Origin: Flectonema sp. DT1601
Lineage: Eukaryota
Reading direction: 5' to 3'
Assembly: GCA_964019425.1 (NCBI GenBank)
Contig: OZ025797.1
Location: 1,364,001 to 1,410,574, forward strand
Length of the DNA stretch: 46,574 nucleotides
The notes under the pieces are model-generated. The model worked only from the letters and a program-made list of their open reading frames with translations. It had not been told where the DNA came from and did not search any database. Shown piece by piece: positions 13,123 to 26,441 of this stretch (position 1 is the first letter of the stretch; each line of letters begins with the position of its first letter). The position numbers and the translations under genes are program-made.

Positions 13123-15502
13123 ATGTCCACCTCATCCAATGTTCAGCTGAACGAACAAGTTTTAAAATGGATATCTGAGACCAAAGAAGCGATTAATACG
13201 ACTCAAGAAGAATTCGATAAAGTAGTCAACATTATTTTAAAGGAGGGAAAAGGCCTAACTGGCGATGAAGCTGCCTTCATAAAAAGATGCGTCGTCATGT
13301 CTGGAAGTCTCGCAGATCACAAGCAGAAGCTAACAACAGACTTAGAGGACCTGAAGGTAGAAGAGAAAAACTACAGGGAGGTGCTGAAGAAATCTTCTGA
13401 GGTATACCTTTTACTTTTTGTTTGTAACGCATTTCGGGGTAAACCTGTCTGATCGGGTCCAACCTTTTTTTGTATTGGTCACAGTACAGCCCTTCGGATT
13501 GATTATTGAAATTACTTGTTCACCAAAAGAAAAACAATCATCCACACAGACGCCTGATGTTGTACCATACACAGTAGAGGAGGTAGAGAAGCTTTTGGAC
13601 CCTTCAAAAATGAAGATGGAGACTGTTGTTGCAAATAAGCCACTCCTTGATAGGGAAAATGCACGCAATGCACTTGATGTGGTGTTGCATCAAAAACGTA
13701 TAAATGATAGGTGGCATGTCATCACAACTGTAGGAATTCCAGGCTCAGGGAAGACCTTCCTGCTACGTAAAGGGATTATGTATGAATGGTATCCTGATCG
13801 AAGTATTATGATGACCTTTTATGAGCATGCACAGATTATCGATGATGGAAAGATGGATCCGCTTGTTGCCTTTGCTCGTCAGCTTGTCCAAACAAACAAC
13901 TTCAGAGGAGACGTTGATTTCAACCGCATTGTAGACTTCCATGGAGTGATCACAGCCTTTCGACAGAAGCTTGGCCTATCTGATGAGATCCCTTTGATTG
14001 TCTGTATTGATGAACTTATTAAATTGCGTGAACATCACATTATGCTCTTGCGAAGGGAAGGTGTGGATGAGCAAAGGTTGAAACTCCAAGCCACAGATCG
14101 ATGCAAAATGCTGAGAACTGCCCTGATGGCCTATCAGGACAGATGCACTAATAACAAGTTACCCGAGATACGATTTGTCTGGACGTCACACACCGAGTTG
14201 TTTGATAACGAAATGACCGCGTCTGTAGGTAGTCGTCGTCAGATCGTTCACATACCATTAACAAACCTAACTCATGAAAATGCCCTGAATCTATTGAGAC
14301 TTGACGAACTTAAAGGGGCAGGGGATCTGGTAACTGAGTGGTCATTGAATATGTGTGCTGGTAATCCCCGTGCGATTGTGAGTCTCCCCGAAGTGATTAA
14401 TGACGCAAAGTGTTTTGGTACAGCTGGTCTTGCTTCACGCATAGCTAGTGGAATTTATAGAGCATGCATGTTTCAAACGCTTCACATTTCATTTGTTGAG
14501 GACCACCTCGCTGCAGTTCTCACAAAGTCACTCAACAGTGCCACAGAGGATGCATTACGAATTAGGGGTGCTCTCCACAAACTCTCCAATGGTGTTGAAT
14601 GCTTAATTCCAAGTTTGGTTTGGGCATGGGCAAATGAAAAGCACACAAAGATGGTTGGGGAGTGGTTGATTGAATATTTCGGCAGTGATGCAAACATGAA
14701 CCCCAAAACATTTGAAGAGACAACACTCTACTTTGAAGGGCTTCTGAACCATGCATACAGACAGCTGAAGAAAACACCATTTCTGAGTGAATATTTTGAT
14801 GGGGCTGACCATATCCAGGAAAACATAAAAGAATTGATTGTTCACCCCAGGAAAGTGTTAAGAGCGGAAGAACCTTCATCCCTTAGCAGCTTGGGATCTG
14901 AAGAGCTTTACAATAAGCTCCAATCTGGACAAGCTGTGTACTCGAAAAATGTTGTCGGAGAGGGTGGTGACATTCTGATCCCTTTGATGCTCTCTGAAGG
15001 AAAGAAAAAGGCAACGCTCTACCTATTCTGTGCCCAGTGCAAACTAGCAAAGAGAGTCGATAGCCTCCAAGAAGTAGAAACGAAGGCTGTGGAAATTCCA
15101 GCTGTCCAGGAACTCCAGGCTTGGGCGAATAAACAGAAGAAACCACTTGATGTACATGGTCTTTATTTCACCACACACACACCCAAGCTTCAAACTGCAA
15201 AGCGGAAGGGTGTTTGGTTCACAAAGGATTCTATGGAGAAGTGGCTGAGCAGACTTGGTTTGCCAAGAGTCAATTACCACCATGCAAGAACCTCAACATC
15301 TGGTAGCTCCGCTGACCCTGCATCACCAAAACATAAAGAATCAAAGGAAAATTCCAATCAAATACCCCACGACACCACTAGAAATAAATTAAAAAGACAC
15401 CTTTCAGAAAGCAGCAACGATACACCAAATCTAAGGTCTGAACCAACTGGTAGAGTTACTAAGAGAGGCAAAAGCCATGTGTCGGAGGAAAATGACTGGT
15501 AA
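13123..15502 (+). CDS. Effector-like NTPase/nuclease gene, copy 5 (exons 13123-13401, 13550-15502)
   Basis: Translation identical to copy 2. Confidence 0.8.
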
Positions 15503-16783
15503 TAATGTAAAAAAACCCGCAAACCCGCACTAGAGATACCCGTCGAGGCTCGCTTCGCTCGCTTTGTTTTGTTTTTGTTTTTTTGAATTCAACTTGTTTT
15601 TCCTTTGGTTGAGTATGCTAAAATGACAACGATGGCTGGGTTATTATAATGGATATGTGGATTATTTCAAGTTAACCATTTTTTTCCAGCTGCATTTTTC
15701 TTCTGGTGCCTTACACAGCAAAAAAAGCAACCGAATTTTGTTCTACCACCAAGTGGAAAAAACCGCACTAATTTTTTCTCAAAAAAACCGCACTAATTTT
15801 TCCGCGCAGTAATATTTCCCCGCAGTAATTATTCAGCGCAGTAATATTTCCAGTTGCAGTATTATTCCTTACTTGGCCTATTCCATCGTCAGTCATTGCC
15901 CCCGCGTCATAGAACACCGGGTAGCCTGTCGTATGTGGTTGTATCTGAGAAAGGGATTTTTCAAGGAGTACAAATTCCTTAGTTTTTCTTCCTCTCTTCT
16001 GGTAGCAATGCAAAATTTCTTTTTGCTTCTTTAGCTATTGCAGTTGCAACACTGACCTCAAAACAGTAGTGTTAGTTAGTTACAACACACAGTTAACATT
16101 ATTTCAAATGCAGACATCAGTAATGGGAAAATATTGTTATCGCTCGAAAAGTATGATAAGCAGAAATCGTGTTAGAGGGGAAGACATTATAGAAACTCTT
16201 AATACATTCTAGTCTCTCGCGTGGTTAACCCAAGGCTTCAGGGGCCTCTGTCCAGTTAAAGTCACAAACTTTCATGTCGGTTTTCAGTCACTGCTGGTGT
16301 TAAAGATAAGTGCTGCTACAGGGCACTCAACCTGTAGTACGTGGCCCCCGAATCCCCATATTCGACAGCACATATGGGATTTTTTATCGATAGCAACTGT
16401 TGATTTCTTATATTGCAACCTGGTTTGGCCGAACCCTATTCTCGTTTTTGCCAGTTTCAAGTTGCTTTCTATTTTATATTAGTATCAAGTTACCCCCAAC
16501 ACAGCTCTTATCGCTAAGCAAGTAGTAAAATGGCTAGCAGAGTGAACTCGAAGAACGAGGAGTCCCATGGGAAGGTGAATGACCATGTGCTGCATGCCAG
16601 AAGAAAGGGTGATGGTGTACGATCGCAAGGTCCAATGCCAAGGACAGACACTACAACTATGCAGACGGTGTTTAGATGCTTGCTGGAGTTGCCTATTAGT
16701 GATCTTGCTTATGTCATTTATCATTTCTTCCACAGAAAACAATCCCATCCCTCCCCAAAACAACAACAACACCACAAAAACAA

Positions 16784-19163
16784 ATGTCCACCTCATCCAA
16801 TGTTCAGCTGAACGAACAAGTTTTAAAATGGATATCTGAGACCAAAGAAGCGATTAATACGACTCAAGAAGAATTCGATAAAGTAGTCAACATTATTTTA
16901 AAGGAGGGAAAAGGCCTAACTGGCGATGAAGCTGCCTTCATAAAAAGATGCGTCGTCATGTCTGGAAGTCTCGCAGATCACAAGCAGAAGCTAACAACAG
17001 ACTTAGAGGACCTGAAGGTAGAAGAGAAAAACTACAGGGAGGTGCTGAAGAAATCTTCTGAGGTATACCTTTTACTTTTTGTTTGTAACGCATTTCGGGG
17101 TAAACCTGTCTGATCGGGTCCAACCTTTTTTTGTATTGGTCACAGTACAGCCCTTCGGATTGATTATTGAAATTACTTGTTCACCAAAAGAAAAACAATC
17201 ATCCACACAGACGCCTGATGTTGTACCATACACAGTAGAGGAGGTAGAGAAGCTTTTGGACCCTTCAAAAATGAAGATGGAGACTGTTGTTGCAAATAAG
17301 CCACTCCTTGATAGGGAAAATGCACGCAATGCACTTGATGTGGTGTTGCATCAAAAACGTATAAATGATAGGTGGCATGTCATCACAACTGTAGGAATTC
17401 CAGGCTCAGGGAAGACCTTCCTGCTACGTAAAGGGATTATGTATGAATGGTATCCTGATCGAAGTATTATGATGACCTTTTATGAGCATGCACAGATTAT
17501 CGATGATGGAAAGATGGATCCGCTTGTTGCCTTTGCTCGTCAGCTTGTCCAAACAAACAACTTCAGAGGAGACGTTGATTTCAACCGCATTGTAGACTTC
17601 CATGGAGTGATCACAGCCTTTCGACAGAAGCTTGGCCTATCTGATGAGATCCCTTTGATTGTCTGTATTGATGAACTTATTAAATTGCGTGAACATCACA
17701 TTATGCTCTTGCGAAGGGAAGGTGTGGATGAGCAAAGGTTGAAACTCCAAGCCACAGATCGATGCAAAATGCTGAGAACTGCCCTGATGGCCTATCAGGA
17801 CAGATGCACTAATAACAAGTTACCCGAGATACGATTTGTCTGGACGTCACACACCGAGTTGTTTGATAACGAAATGACCGCGTCTGTAGGTAGTCGTCGT
17901 CAGATCGTTCACATACCATTAACAAACCTAACTCATGAAAATGCCCTGAATCTATTGAGACTTGACGAACTTAAAGGGGCAGGGGATCTGGTAACTGAGT
18001 GGTCATTGAATATGTGTGCTGGTAATCCCCGTGCGATTGTGAGTCTCCCCGAAGTGATTAATGACGCAAAGTGTTTTGGTACAGCTGGTCTTGCTTCACG
18101 CATAGCTAGTGGAATTTATAGAGCATGCATGTTTCAAACGCTTCACATTTCATTTGTTGAGGACCACCTCGCTGCAGTTCTCACAAAGTCACTCAACAGT
18201 GCCACAGAGGATGCATTACGAATTAGGGGTGCTCTCCACAAACTCTCCAATGGTGTTGAATGCTTAATTCCAAGTTTGGTTTGGGCATGGGCAAATGAAA
18301 AGCACACAAAGATGGTTGGGGAGTGGTTGATTGAATATTTCGGCAGTGATGCAAACATGAACCCCAAAACATTTGAAGAGACAACACTCTACTTTGAAGG
18401 GCTTCTGAACCATGCATACAGACAGCTGAAGAAAACACCATTTCTGAGTGAATATTTTGATGGGGCTGACCATATCCAGGAAAACATAAAAGAATTGATT
18501 GTTCACCCCAGGAAAGTGTTAAGAGCGGAAGAACCTTCATCCCTTAGCAGCTTGGGATCTGAAGAGCTTTACAATAAGCTCCAATCTGGACAAGCTGTGT
18601 ACTCGAAAAATGTTGTCGGAGAGGGTGGTGACATTCTGATCCCTTTGATGCTCTCTGAAGGAAAGAAAAAGGCAACGCTCTACCTATTCTGTGCCCAGTG
18701 CAAACTAGCAAAGAGAGTCGATAGCCTCCAAGAAGTAGAAACGAAGGCTGTGGAAATTCCAGCTGTCCAGGAACTCCAGGCTTGGGCGAATAAACAGAAG
18801 AAACCACTTGATGTACATGGTCTTTATTTCACCACACACACACCCAAGCTTCAAACTGCAAAGCGGAAGGGTGTTTGGTTCACAAAGGATTCTATGGAGA
18901 AGTGGCTGAGCAGACTTGGTTTGCCAAGAGTCAATTACCACCATGCAAGAACCTCAACATCTGGTAGCTCCGCTGACCCTGCATCACCAAAACATAAAGA
19001 ATCAAAGGAAAATTCCAATCAAATACCCCACGACACCACTAGAAATAAATTAAAAAGACACCTTTCAGAAAGCAGCAACGATACACCAAATCTAAGGTCT
19101 GAACCAACTGGTAGAGTTACTAAGAGAGGCAAAAGCCATGTGTCGGAGGAAAATGACTGGTAA
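16784..19163 (+). CDS. Effector-like NTPase/nuclease gene, copy 6 (exons 16784-17062, 17211-19163)
   Basis: Translation identical to copy 2. Confidence 0.8.
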
Positions 19164-20444
19164 TAATGTAAAAAAACCCGCAAACCCGCACTAGAGATAC
19201 CCGTCGAGGCTCGCTTCGCTCGCTTTGTTTTGTTTTTGTTTTTTTGAATTCAACTTGTTTTTCCTTTGGTTGAGTATGCTAAAATGACAACGATGGCTGG
19301 GTTATTATAATGGATATGTGGATTATTTCAAGTTAACCATTTTTTTCCAGCTGCATTTTTCTTCTGGTGCCTTACACAGCAAAAAAAGCAACCGAATTTT
19401 GTTCTACCACCAAGTGGAAAAAACCGCACTAATTTTTTCTCAAAAAAACCGCACTAATTTTTCCGCGCAGTAATATTTCCCCGCAGTAATTATTCAGCGC
19501 AGTAATATTTCCAGTTGCAGTATTATTCCTTACTTGGCCTATTCCATCGTCAGTCATTGCCCCCGCGTCATAGAACACCGGGTAGCCTGTCGTATGTGGT
19601 TGTATCTGAGAAAGGGATTTTTCAAGGAGTACAAATTCCTTAGTTTTTCTTCCTCTCTTCTGGTAGCAATGCAAAATTTCTTTTTGCTTCTTTAGCTATT
19701 GCAGTTGCAACACTGACCTCAAAACAGTAGTGTTAGTTAGTTACAACACACAGTTAACATTATTTCAAATGCAGACATCAGTAATGGGAAAATATTGTTA
19801 TCGCTCGAAAAGTATGATAAGCAGAAATCGTGTTAGAGGGGAAGACATTATAGAAACTCTTAATACATTCTAGTCTCTCGCGTGGTTAACCCAAGGCTTC
19901 AGGGGCCTCTGTCCAGTTAAAGTCACAAACTTTCATGTCGGTTTTCAGTCACTGCTGGTGTTAAAGATAAGTGCTGCTACAGGGCACTCAACCTGTAGTA
20001 CGTGGCCCCCGAATCCCCATATTCGACAGCACATATGGGATTTTTTATCGATAGCAACTGTTGATTTCTTATATTGCAACCTGGTTTGGCCGAACCCTAT
20101 TCTCGTTTTTGCCAGTTTCAAGTTGCTTTCTATTTTATATTAGTATCAAGTTACCCCCAACACAGCTCTTATCGCTAAGCAAGTAGTAAAATGGCTAGCA
20201 GAGTGAACTCGAAGAACGAGGAGTCCCATGGGAAGGTGAATGACCATGTGCTGCATGCCAGAAGAAAGGGTGATGGTGTACGATCGCAAGGTCCAATGCC
20301 AAGGACAGACACTACAACTATGCAGACGGTGTTTAGATGCTTGCTGGAGTTGCCTATTAGTGATCTTGCTTATGTCATTTATCATTTCTTCCACAGAAAA
20401 CAATCCCATCCCTCCCCAAAACAACAACAACACCACAAAAACAA

Positions 20445-22741
20445 ATGTCCACCTCATCCAATGTTCAGCTGAACGAACAAGTTTTAAAATGGATATCTGA
20501 GACCAAAGAAGCGATTAATACGACTCAAGAAGAATTCGATAAAGTAGTCAACATTATTTTAAAGGAGGGAAAAGGCCTAACTGGCGATGAAGCTGCCTTC
20601 ATAAAAAGATGCGTCGTCATGTCTGGAAGTCTCGCAGATCACAAGCAGAAGCTAACAACAGACTTAGAGGACCTGAAGGTAGAAGAGAAAAACTACAGGG
20701 AGGTGCTGAAGAAATCTTCTGAGGTATACCTTTTACTTTTTGTTTGTAACGCATTTCGGGGTAAACCTGTCTGATCGGGTCCAACCTTTTTTTGTATTGG
20801 TCACAGTACAGCCCTTCGGATTGATTATTGAAATTACTTGTTCACCAAAAGAAAAACAATCATCCACAGACGCCTGATGTTGTACCATACACAGTAGAGG
20901 AGGTAGAGAAGCTTTTGGACCCTTCAAAAATGAAGATGGAGACTGTTGTTGCAAATAAGCCACTCCTTGATAGGGAAAATGCACGCAATGCACTTGATGT
21001 GGTGTTGCATCAAAAACGTATAAATGATAGGTGGTATGTCATCACAACTGTAGGAATTCCAGGCTCAGGGAAGACCTTCCTGCTACGTAAAGGGATTATG
21101 AATGAATGGTATCCTGATCGAAGTATTATGATGACCTTTTATGAGCATGCACAGATTATCGATGATGGAAAGATGGATCCGCTTGTTGCCTTTGCTCGTC
21201 AGCTTGTCCAAACAAACAACTTCAGAGGAGACGTTGATTTCAACCGCATTGTAGACTTCCATGGAGTGATCACAGCCTTTCGACAGAAGCTTGAACTCTC
21301 TGATGAGATCCCTTTGATTGTCTGTGTTGATGAACTTATTAAATTGCGTGAACATCACATTATGGAGCTTCAGAAACAAAGTGTGGATAAATCAGAACTC
21401 AAGAGTTGTGCAACAAATAGATGCAAAGCGCTGAGAACTGCCCTGATGGCCTATCAGGACATGTGTACCAATCGAAAGTTACCTGAGATACGATTTGTCT
21501 GGACGTCACACACCGAGTTGTTTGATAACGAAATGACCGCGTCTGTAGGTAGTCGTCGTCAGATCGTTCACATACCATTAACAAACCTAACTCATGAAAA
21601 TGCCCTGAATCTATTGAGACTTGACGAACTTAAAGGGGCAGGGGATCTGGTAACTGAGTGGTCATTGAATATGTGTGCTGGTAATCCCCGTGCGATTGTG
21701 AGTCTCCCCGGAGTGATTAATGACGCAAAGCGTTTTGGTACAGCTGGTCTTGCTTCACGCATAGCTAGTGGAATTTATAGAGCATGCATGTTTCAAACGC
21801 TTCACATTTCATTTGTTGAGGACCACCTCGCTGCAGTTCTCACAAAGTCACTCAACAGTGCCACAGAGGATGCATTAAGAATTAGGGGTGCTCTCCACAA
21901 ACTCTCCAATGGTGTTGAATGCTTAATTCCAAGTTTGGTTTGGGCATGGGCAAATGAAAAGCACACAAAGATGGTTGGGGAGTGGTTGATTGAATATTTC
22001 GGCAGTGATGCAAACATGAACCCCAAAACATTTGAAGAGACAACACTCTACTTTGAAGGGCTTCTGAACCATGCATACAGACAGCTGAAGAAAACACCAT
22101 TTCTGAGTGAATATTTTGATGGGGCTGACCATATCCAGGAAAACATAAAAGAATTGATTGTTCACCCCAGGAAAGTGTTAAGAGCGGAAGAACCTTCATC
22201 CCTTAGCAGCTTGGGATCTGAAGAGCTTTACAATAAGCTCCAATCTGGACAAGCTGTGTACTCGAAAAATGTTGTCGGAGAGGGTGGTGACATTCTGATC
22301 CCTTTGATGCTCTCTGAAGGAAAGAAAAAGGCAACGCTCTACCTATTCTGTGCCCAGTGCAAACTAGCAAAGAGAGTCGATAGCCTCCAAGAAGTAGAAA
22401 CGAAGGCTGTGGAAATTCCAGCTGTCCAGGAACTCCAGGCTTGGGCGAATAAACAGAAGAAACCACTTGATGTACATGGTCTTTATTTCACCACACACAC
22501 ACCCAAGCTTCAAACTGCAAAGCGGAAGGGTGTTTGGTTCACAAAGGATTCTATGGAGAAGTGGCTGAGCAGACTTGGTTTGCCAAGAGTCAATTACCAC
22601 CATGCAAGAACCTCGACATCTGGTAGCTCCGCATTACTCAGACACCGGGCGATGAGCTGGTCTACACAACAAAGACCCCATCTACCCACAGCTAGATGCA
22701 ATGCCCCAAACCTTTTACGGCGAATCTGTAGATTTTTGTAG
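20445..22741 (+). CDS. Diverged terminal copy 7 of the effector-like gene (exons 20445-20723, 20870-22741) with a mosaic patch and replaced C-terminus
   Basis: Same motifs. Substitutions cluster at about 21290-21485, and the sequence after STSGSSA (22632) is unrelated to the other copies. Confidence 0.75.
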
Positions 22742-23273
22742 AACTTTGATTTCTTATATTTCTATGGTGGCTTCAGTTACACCTTGAGAAAGAAAAAAAG
22801 AACCTTCTGGTACAATGCTGAGTCATCGTCCATTGCCTTCTCGGATCCCATGAGTTCTTTTAAGATGCTTTAATCCGCCGTTCTCCAATAGATTTAAGAA
22901 AGGTCCCTCAATTTCTTTTTAAGGGAAAACGCGTGTCTACTACTGCGTTCCATAGGCTAATCGAGCTGGTATTCGCTATGTAGGTTTACTGTTCCTTGAT
23001 AGAAGAAATTCCCAAAAGTCCTTCAAAGTTTGTTTTAAAAAAACCAAAAACTAGTTGAAACAATAAAAGAAGAAGAAGACGAATAGGAAGAATGAACGTG
23101 TGAAGGAAAAAAAATAAATAAATAAAAGAAGGAGCAAGACTCGCTTCGCTCGTGCAAAGTTACTTATTTTGTGTTATTTTGAATTTAATTTGTTTTTCCT
23201 TTGCTTAAGTATGCTAAAATCCAAGGTCCGGCGCAGTTATGACATTAAGCTGACTGTCATCTTACCTGATCCT

Positions 23274-23478
23274 TTTGGTTTTCATTTCTTGCTGAGTGAT
23301 ATGGTTATGTGCTGCCCAAATCCTTTGTGGTACGTTTCTAAAGCTTTTCGGTAAGCCCACAGTACAATTATAATGCTTTGGGCAACTGGGGGTGAACGAT
23401 CCTCGGTACTGTTCCGGGGTTTTCTATTTTCTTTCGTGGAGTGTGGGCATATGGCACATGTGGTCGTATTATAAAGAA
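23274..23478. repeat. About 205-bp exact direct duplication (second copy about 29317-29520)
   Basis: TTTGGTTTTCATTTCTTGCTGAGTG...GTGGTCGTATTATAAAGA is present twice with different flanks. Confidence 0.9.
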
Positions 23479-23989
23479 AGATGTATATGAAAGAAAGAAG
23501 ATTTTTTATTTTTTTCACCTTCAGATCATTTCTCTTTTATTTTCTTTAGTTGTTTACAACCTGTTAGCCTCTGGGCAAGGTGGAGGCTGGAAGTCGAGCA
23601 CTTCCATCCAATACTATGAAACTACAATCAAATGTAAAAAAACCCGCAAACCCGCACTAGAGATACCCATCAGGCTCGCTTCGCTTGCGCAAAGTTATTT
23701 ATTTTTTGTTTTTCTGAATTAAGCTTGTTTTTCCTTTGCCTAAGCATGCAAAACTTAAAACGATGGCTAGGTAATAGTGAGTACGTCGCTTATTTCAAGT
23801 TGCCCATTTTTATCTTTCTGAACAACCTTATTTTACAACCAAGTCAGTTTTTATTCCCTGTCAGGCTTTTTGGCCTCTTTTGGGGCATCCTTTCTGTTGT
23901 TCTATCTCTCAGTTAATTTTAGTTTTCTGTTTCATTCAGCTTTTTCTTCGCAAACGCAAACTGAACTTAAAAACAAATAATCTTCTGCC

Positions 23990-24524
23990 AAAGCGGATGG
24001 AACGCATCTTTACAATCAAGAGAACTACCAACTGGGTCAAGTGGTTACCCACATTGATCTCTCAGTACAACAGAACCCCTCACCGTACTCTACACGAGCA
24101 AGCTCCAGATGATATTACAAACGATTCAACAGAGGTCATGGTAGACAACATTGAAAAGTAGCAACCTGCTCCATCTAGCGGGTTTGTTGTGGGAGACGAT
24201 GTAAGAAGAAGATTGAAAAAGACGATATTCGACAAGGGAACAAAGCAGGTATGGACGAAGACGATTTACAAGATCAACCACCTTAATGATGTCACAGCTA
24301 GACTCAATGATGGTTCAAGGGTTCGGTTCGATGACCTGCTTCCAATTGAGAAGGTTCGCAAACGGAGTGAGGATGCTGTTGTTGAAGAACCATCCCGAAG
24401 ATCTGTTGAGACAAGGCACAAGACAGACAGAAAGATAAAGAAAGATATCCCCAAGAAATATCTGGATCTGATCGACCAACCACTGGATAAGATTGATAGA
24501 CGCCAGAGAGCCAAAAGGTTTTGA
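23990..24524 (+). pseudogene. C-terminal fragment of a Maverick/Polinton-type retroviral-like integrase with one in-frame stop (TAG 24159-24161)
   Basis: NWVKWLPTLISQYNRTPHRTL followed in the same frame by FVVGDDVRRRLKKTIFDKGTKQVWTKTIYKI matches the W..L....YN.T.H and VGD.VR....K..F.KG....W pattern of c-integrases. The N-terminal catalytic part is missing. Confidence 0.75.
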
Positions 24525-24587
24525 ACACATCTCATGCTTATGTATATAAGAACAAAACATATCACATCCAAACATACCAAACTAAAC

Positions 24588-24818
24588 ATGCCCCACTTTA
24601 GAACTTCTGAGTACTACAAGGATCTTATTCACAAACAGATGGTCGACGATGGATGCTACCCATCCCAGACGAAAGCATACAACGCATACAGAACGTGGAA
24701 GTACCGCCATTCAGTTCGTGGGGATGTTGAATGCGAATCATGCAGGACTATGTATAACCCCGATTCCCACGAAGCCCATTTAGAAAGTCCCACTCATATC
24801 TTACGAGCCAAAGAATGA
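24588..24818 (+). CDS. Small C2H2/U1-like zinc-finger protein, probably part of the Polinton-like relic
   Basis: CESCRTMYNPDSHEAHLESPTH (CxxC...H..S..H); ATG preceded by an A/C-rich leader; tightly packed after the integrase. Confidence 0.5.
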   Translation: MPHFRTSEYYKDLIHKQMVDDGCYPSQTKAYNAYRTWKYRHSVRGDVECESCRTMYNPDSHEAHLESPTHILRAKE

Positions 24819-24928
24819 ACCATTTGTCACAGGTATACATATTTTCCCCCTTCTCGGTTTTTATTTTTCCCTTGACTATATAGACTGTGTACATATACTC
24901 ATATTACAAAACCAATAAAAATTTCATA

Positions 24929-25630
24929 ATGTCTAACAAACTTTACAAATACGGCAAGGTACCCACAGCAACCACTCTGGATGGTTGGGAGAAGCTCATA
25001 AAACACGAAATGAAAGCAACTAAGTTGCCCAGAAGTAAAACTCAAACCTACAGGAAGTACTACAATATCAGAGGTATCCTGATCAAGGGTATCAAAGATA
25101 ATTTTGGTTCTGAGGTTGCTGAGGACTTAAAGGCATCTCTCGATTATTCATGGAAGAATTCGAACAAAGTGTTGGATCCAGCATCAGTCAGAAGGCAAAA
25201 GCAAGACAAAGCAGACTTCGATGATGAGAAGCATGGGTTCCACTCGAAAAGGCGATTCAAAAAGACCAAAAGAGTCTACAAGGCCAACGACATCATAAGC
25301 TTCGAGTTCGATGAACAGACCAAGGATCTCGATGGTGACGATCTACGTAACTTGATTGTGCGTAACCTTAAGAGGAGTGTATCACCAGATATTACAGCCT
25401 TGCTCAACAAAGGCCTCGGTGTGAAGCTCAAGCTGTTCTATAGGTATGAAGTTTCGAGAGAGGGAGATGACGGAGCCAATCCATTCGAAGCAATCCACTC
25501 CTCCAACCATACAGTTACAAACATTGACAGCTTGAATTTCGGAGAAATCTTTGCAACTCCTGTGATACTCATATTGAACTCGTCTGTAACGCTCCCGCTA
25601 CCAGAACCTCCCTTGGTCACTGAGAGCTGA
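24929..25630 (+). CDS. Lys-rich hypothetical protein, possibly the truncated N-terminus of a larger Polinton-like gene
   Basis: Open 233-codon frame with protein-like composition, co-oriented with the integrase relic. No catalytic motif recognised. Confidence 0.45.
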   Translation: MSNKLYKYGKVPTATTLDGWEKLIKHEMKATKLPRSKTQTYRKYYNIRGILIKGIKDNFGSEVAEDLKASLDYSWKNSNKVLDPASVRRQKQDKADFDDEKHGFHSKRRFKKTKRVYKANDIISFEFDEQTKDLDGDDLRNLIVRNLKRSVSPDITALLNKGLGVKLKLFYRYEVSREGDDGANPFEAIHSSNHTVTNIDSLNFGEIFATPVILILNSSVTLPLPEPPLVTES

Positions 25631-26441
25631 TCCAACCACTGTGAACCATGATCTGATTCTTAATATTTAAAACGATTCGCTATTCCAGAGTCGAATGGAT
25701 GTTCGTCTTTGTACAAGTGCCATTATTTAGCCTGCTCGTCATAAGCGGTCGACATGGTGGTATTTTGCCGTTCATCCAATCCGATTCGCTATTTTTCTTT
25801 TTTTACTACCTCCCACAATACCTTTTTTATCTTAACTACCAATATTCTAATTCCAGAGTTCGACAAAGTACAAACGAGAGCGAATGCAACACAAATATAA
25901 TATTCGGTTTGTCGACTCTTACTACTACAGGGTTCGTGCTGTGCTGTAATTGGCTACGCATGCTCTCTTTATTTATGTTCTTCTTCAAAACATTTCTTTT
26001 TTTGAGTAGTGCTGTAACTGGCTTCTTCTCTTTGTTTTAGCAAATCTTGCATGTACTTAATTACCCTATTTCATCCTCAGTCTCACATGCATTTCGACTG
26101 GTCGGTAGTGGAGTGATGACGGGAAATGTATAGTTTACCTTTGATTTTATAACTTCACATAGGTACTATGAACGATGAGAGATCCAGTGGGATCACTCAG
26201 GGTCTAGTAGAGACCACCGATGTTGTGCGTTGATAGGCAAGGTGACCAACCTTGACATTCTTTCTTTTCTCTCCTGTTCTGACAAACACAAAATACACAC
26301 ACAGCTTACAGTGTGTTCTTTGTGTATGTTTTCTTCAGGTGTGAGTAGTTTTTTTGTTCTTGCTTTTCAGGGAGGGCCTTAGCCAAAAGCTAACAGTCCA
26401 AATCTCACCTGGTAATTCAACTCTGCAAGGGTTATTCCAGA

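Larger units (their letters stand above)
1..22632 (+). repeat. Head-to-tail tandem array of a 3661-bp gene-containing unit (about 6.2 units visible; left end runs off the window)
   Basis: Identical ORF sets recur at 2165, 5826, 9487, 13123, 16784 and 20445 (spacing 3661, 3661, 3636, 3661, 3661). Identity to the other copies ends at about 22632. Confidence 0.98.

Noticed and set aside
25438..25760. Possible minus-strand gene starting CCACCATG near 25755
   Set aside because: Interrupted by stops and no recognisable domain; cannot be supported.
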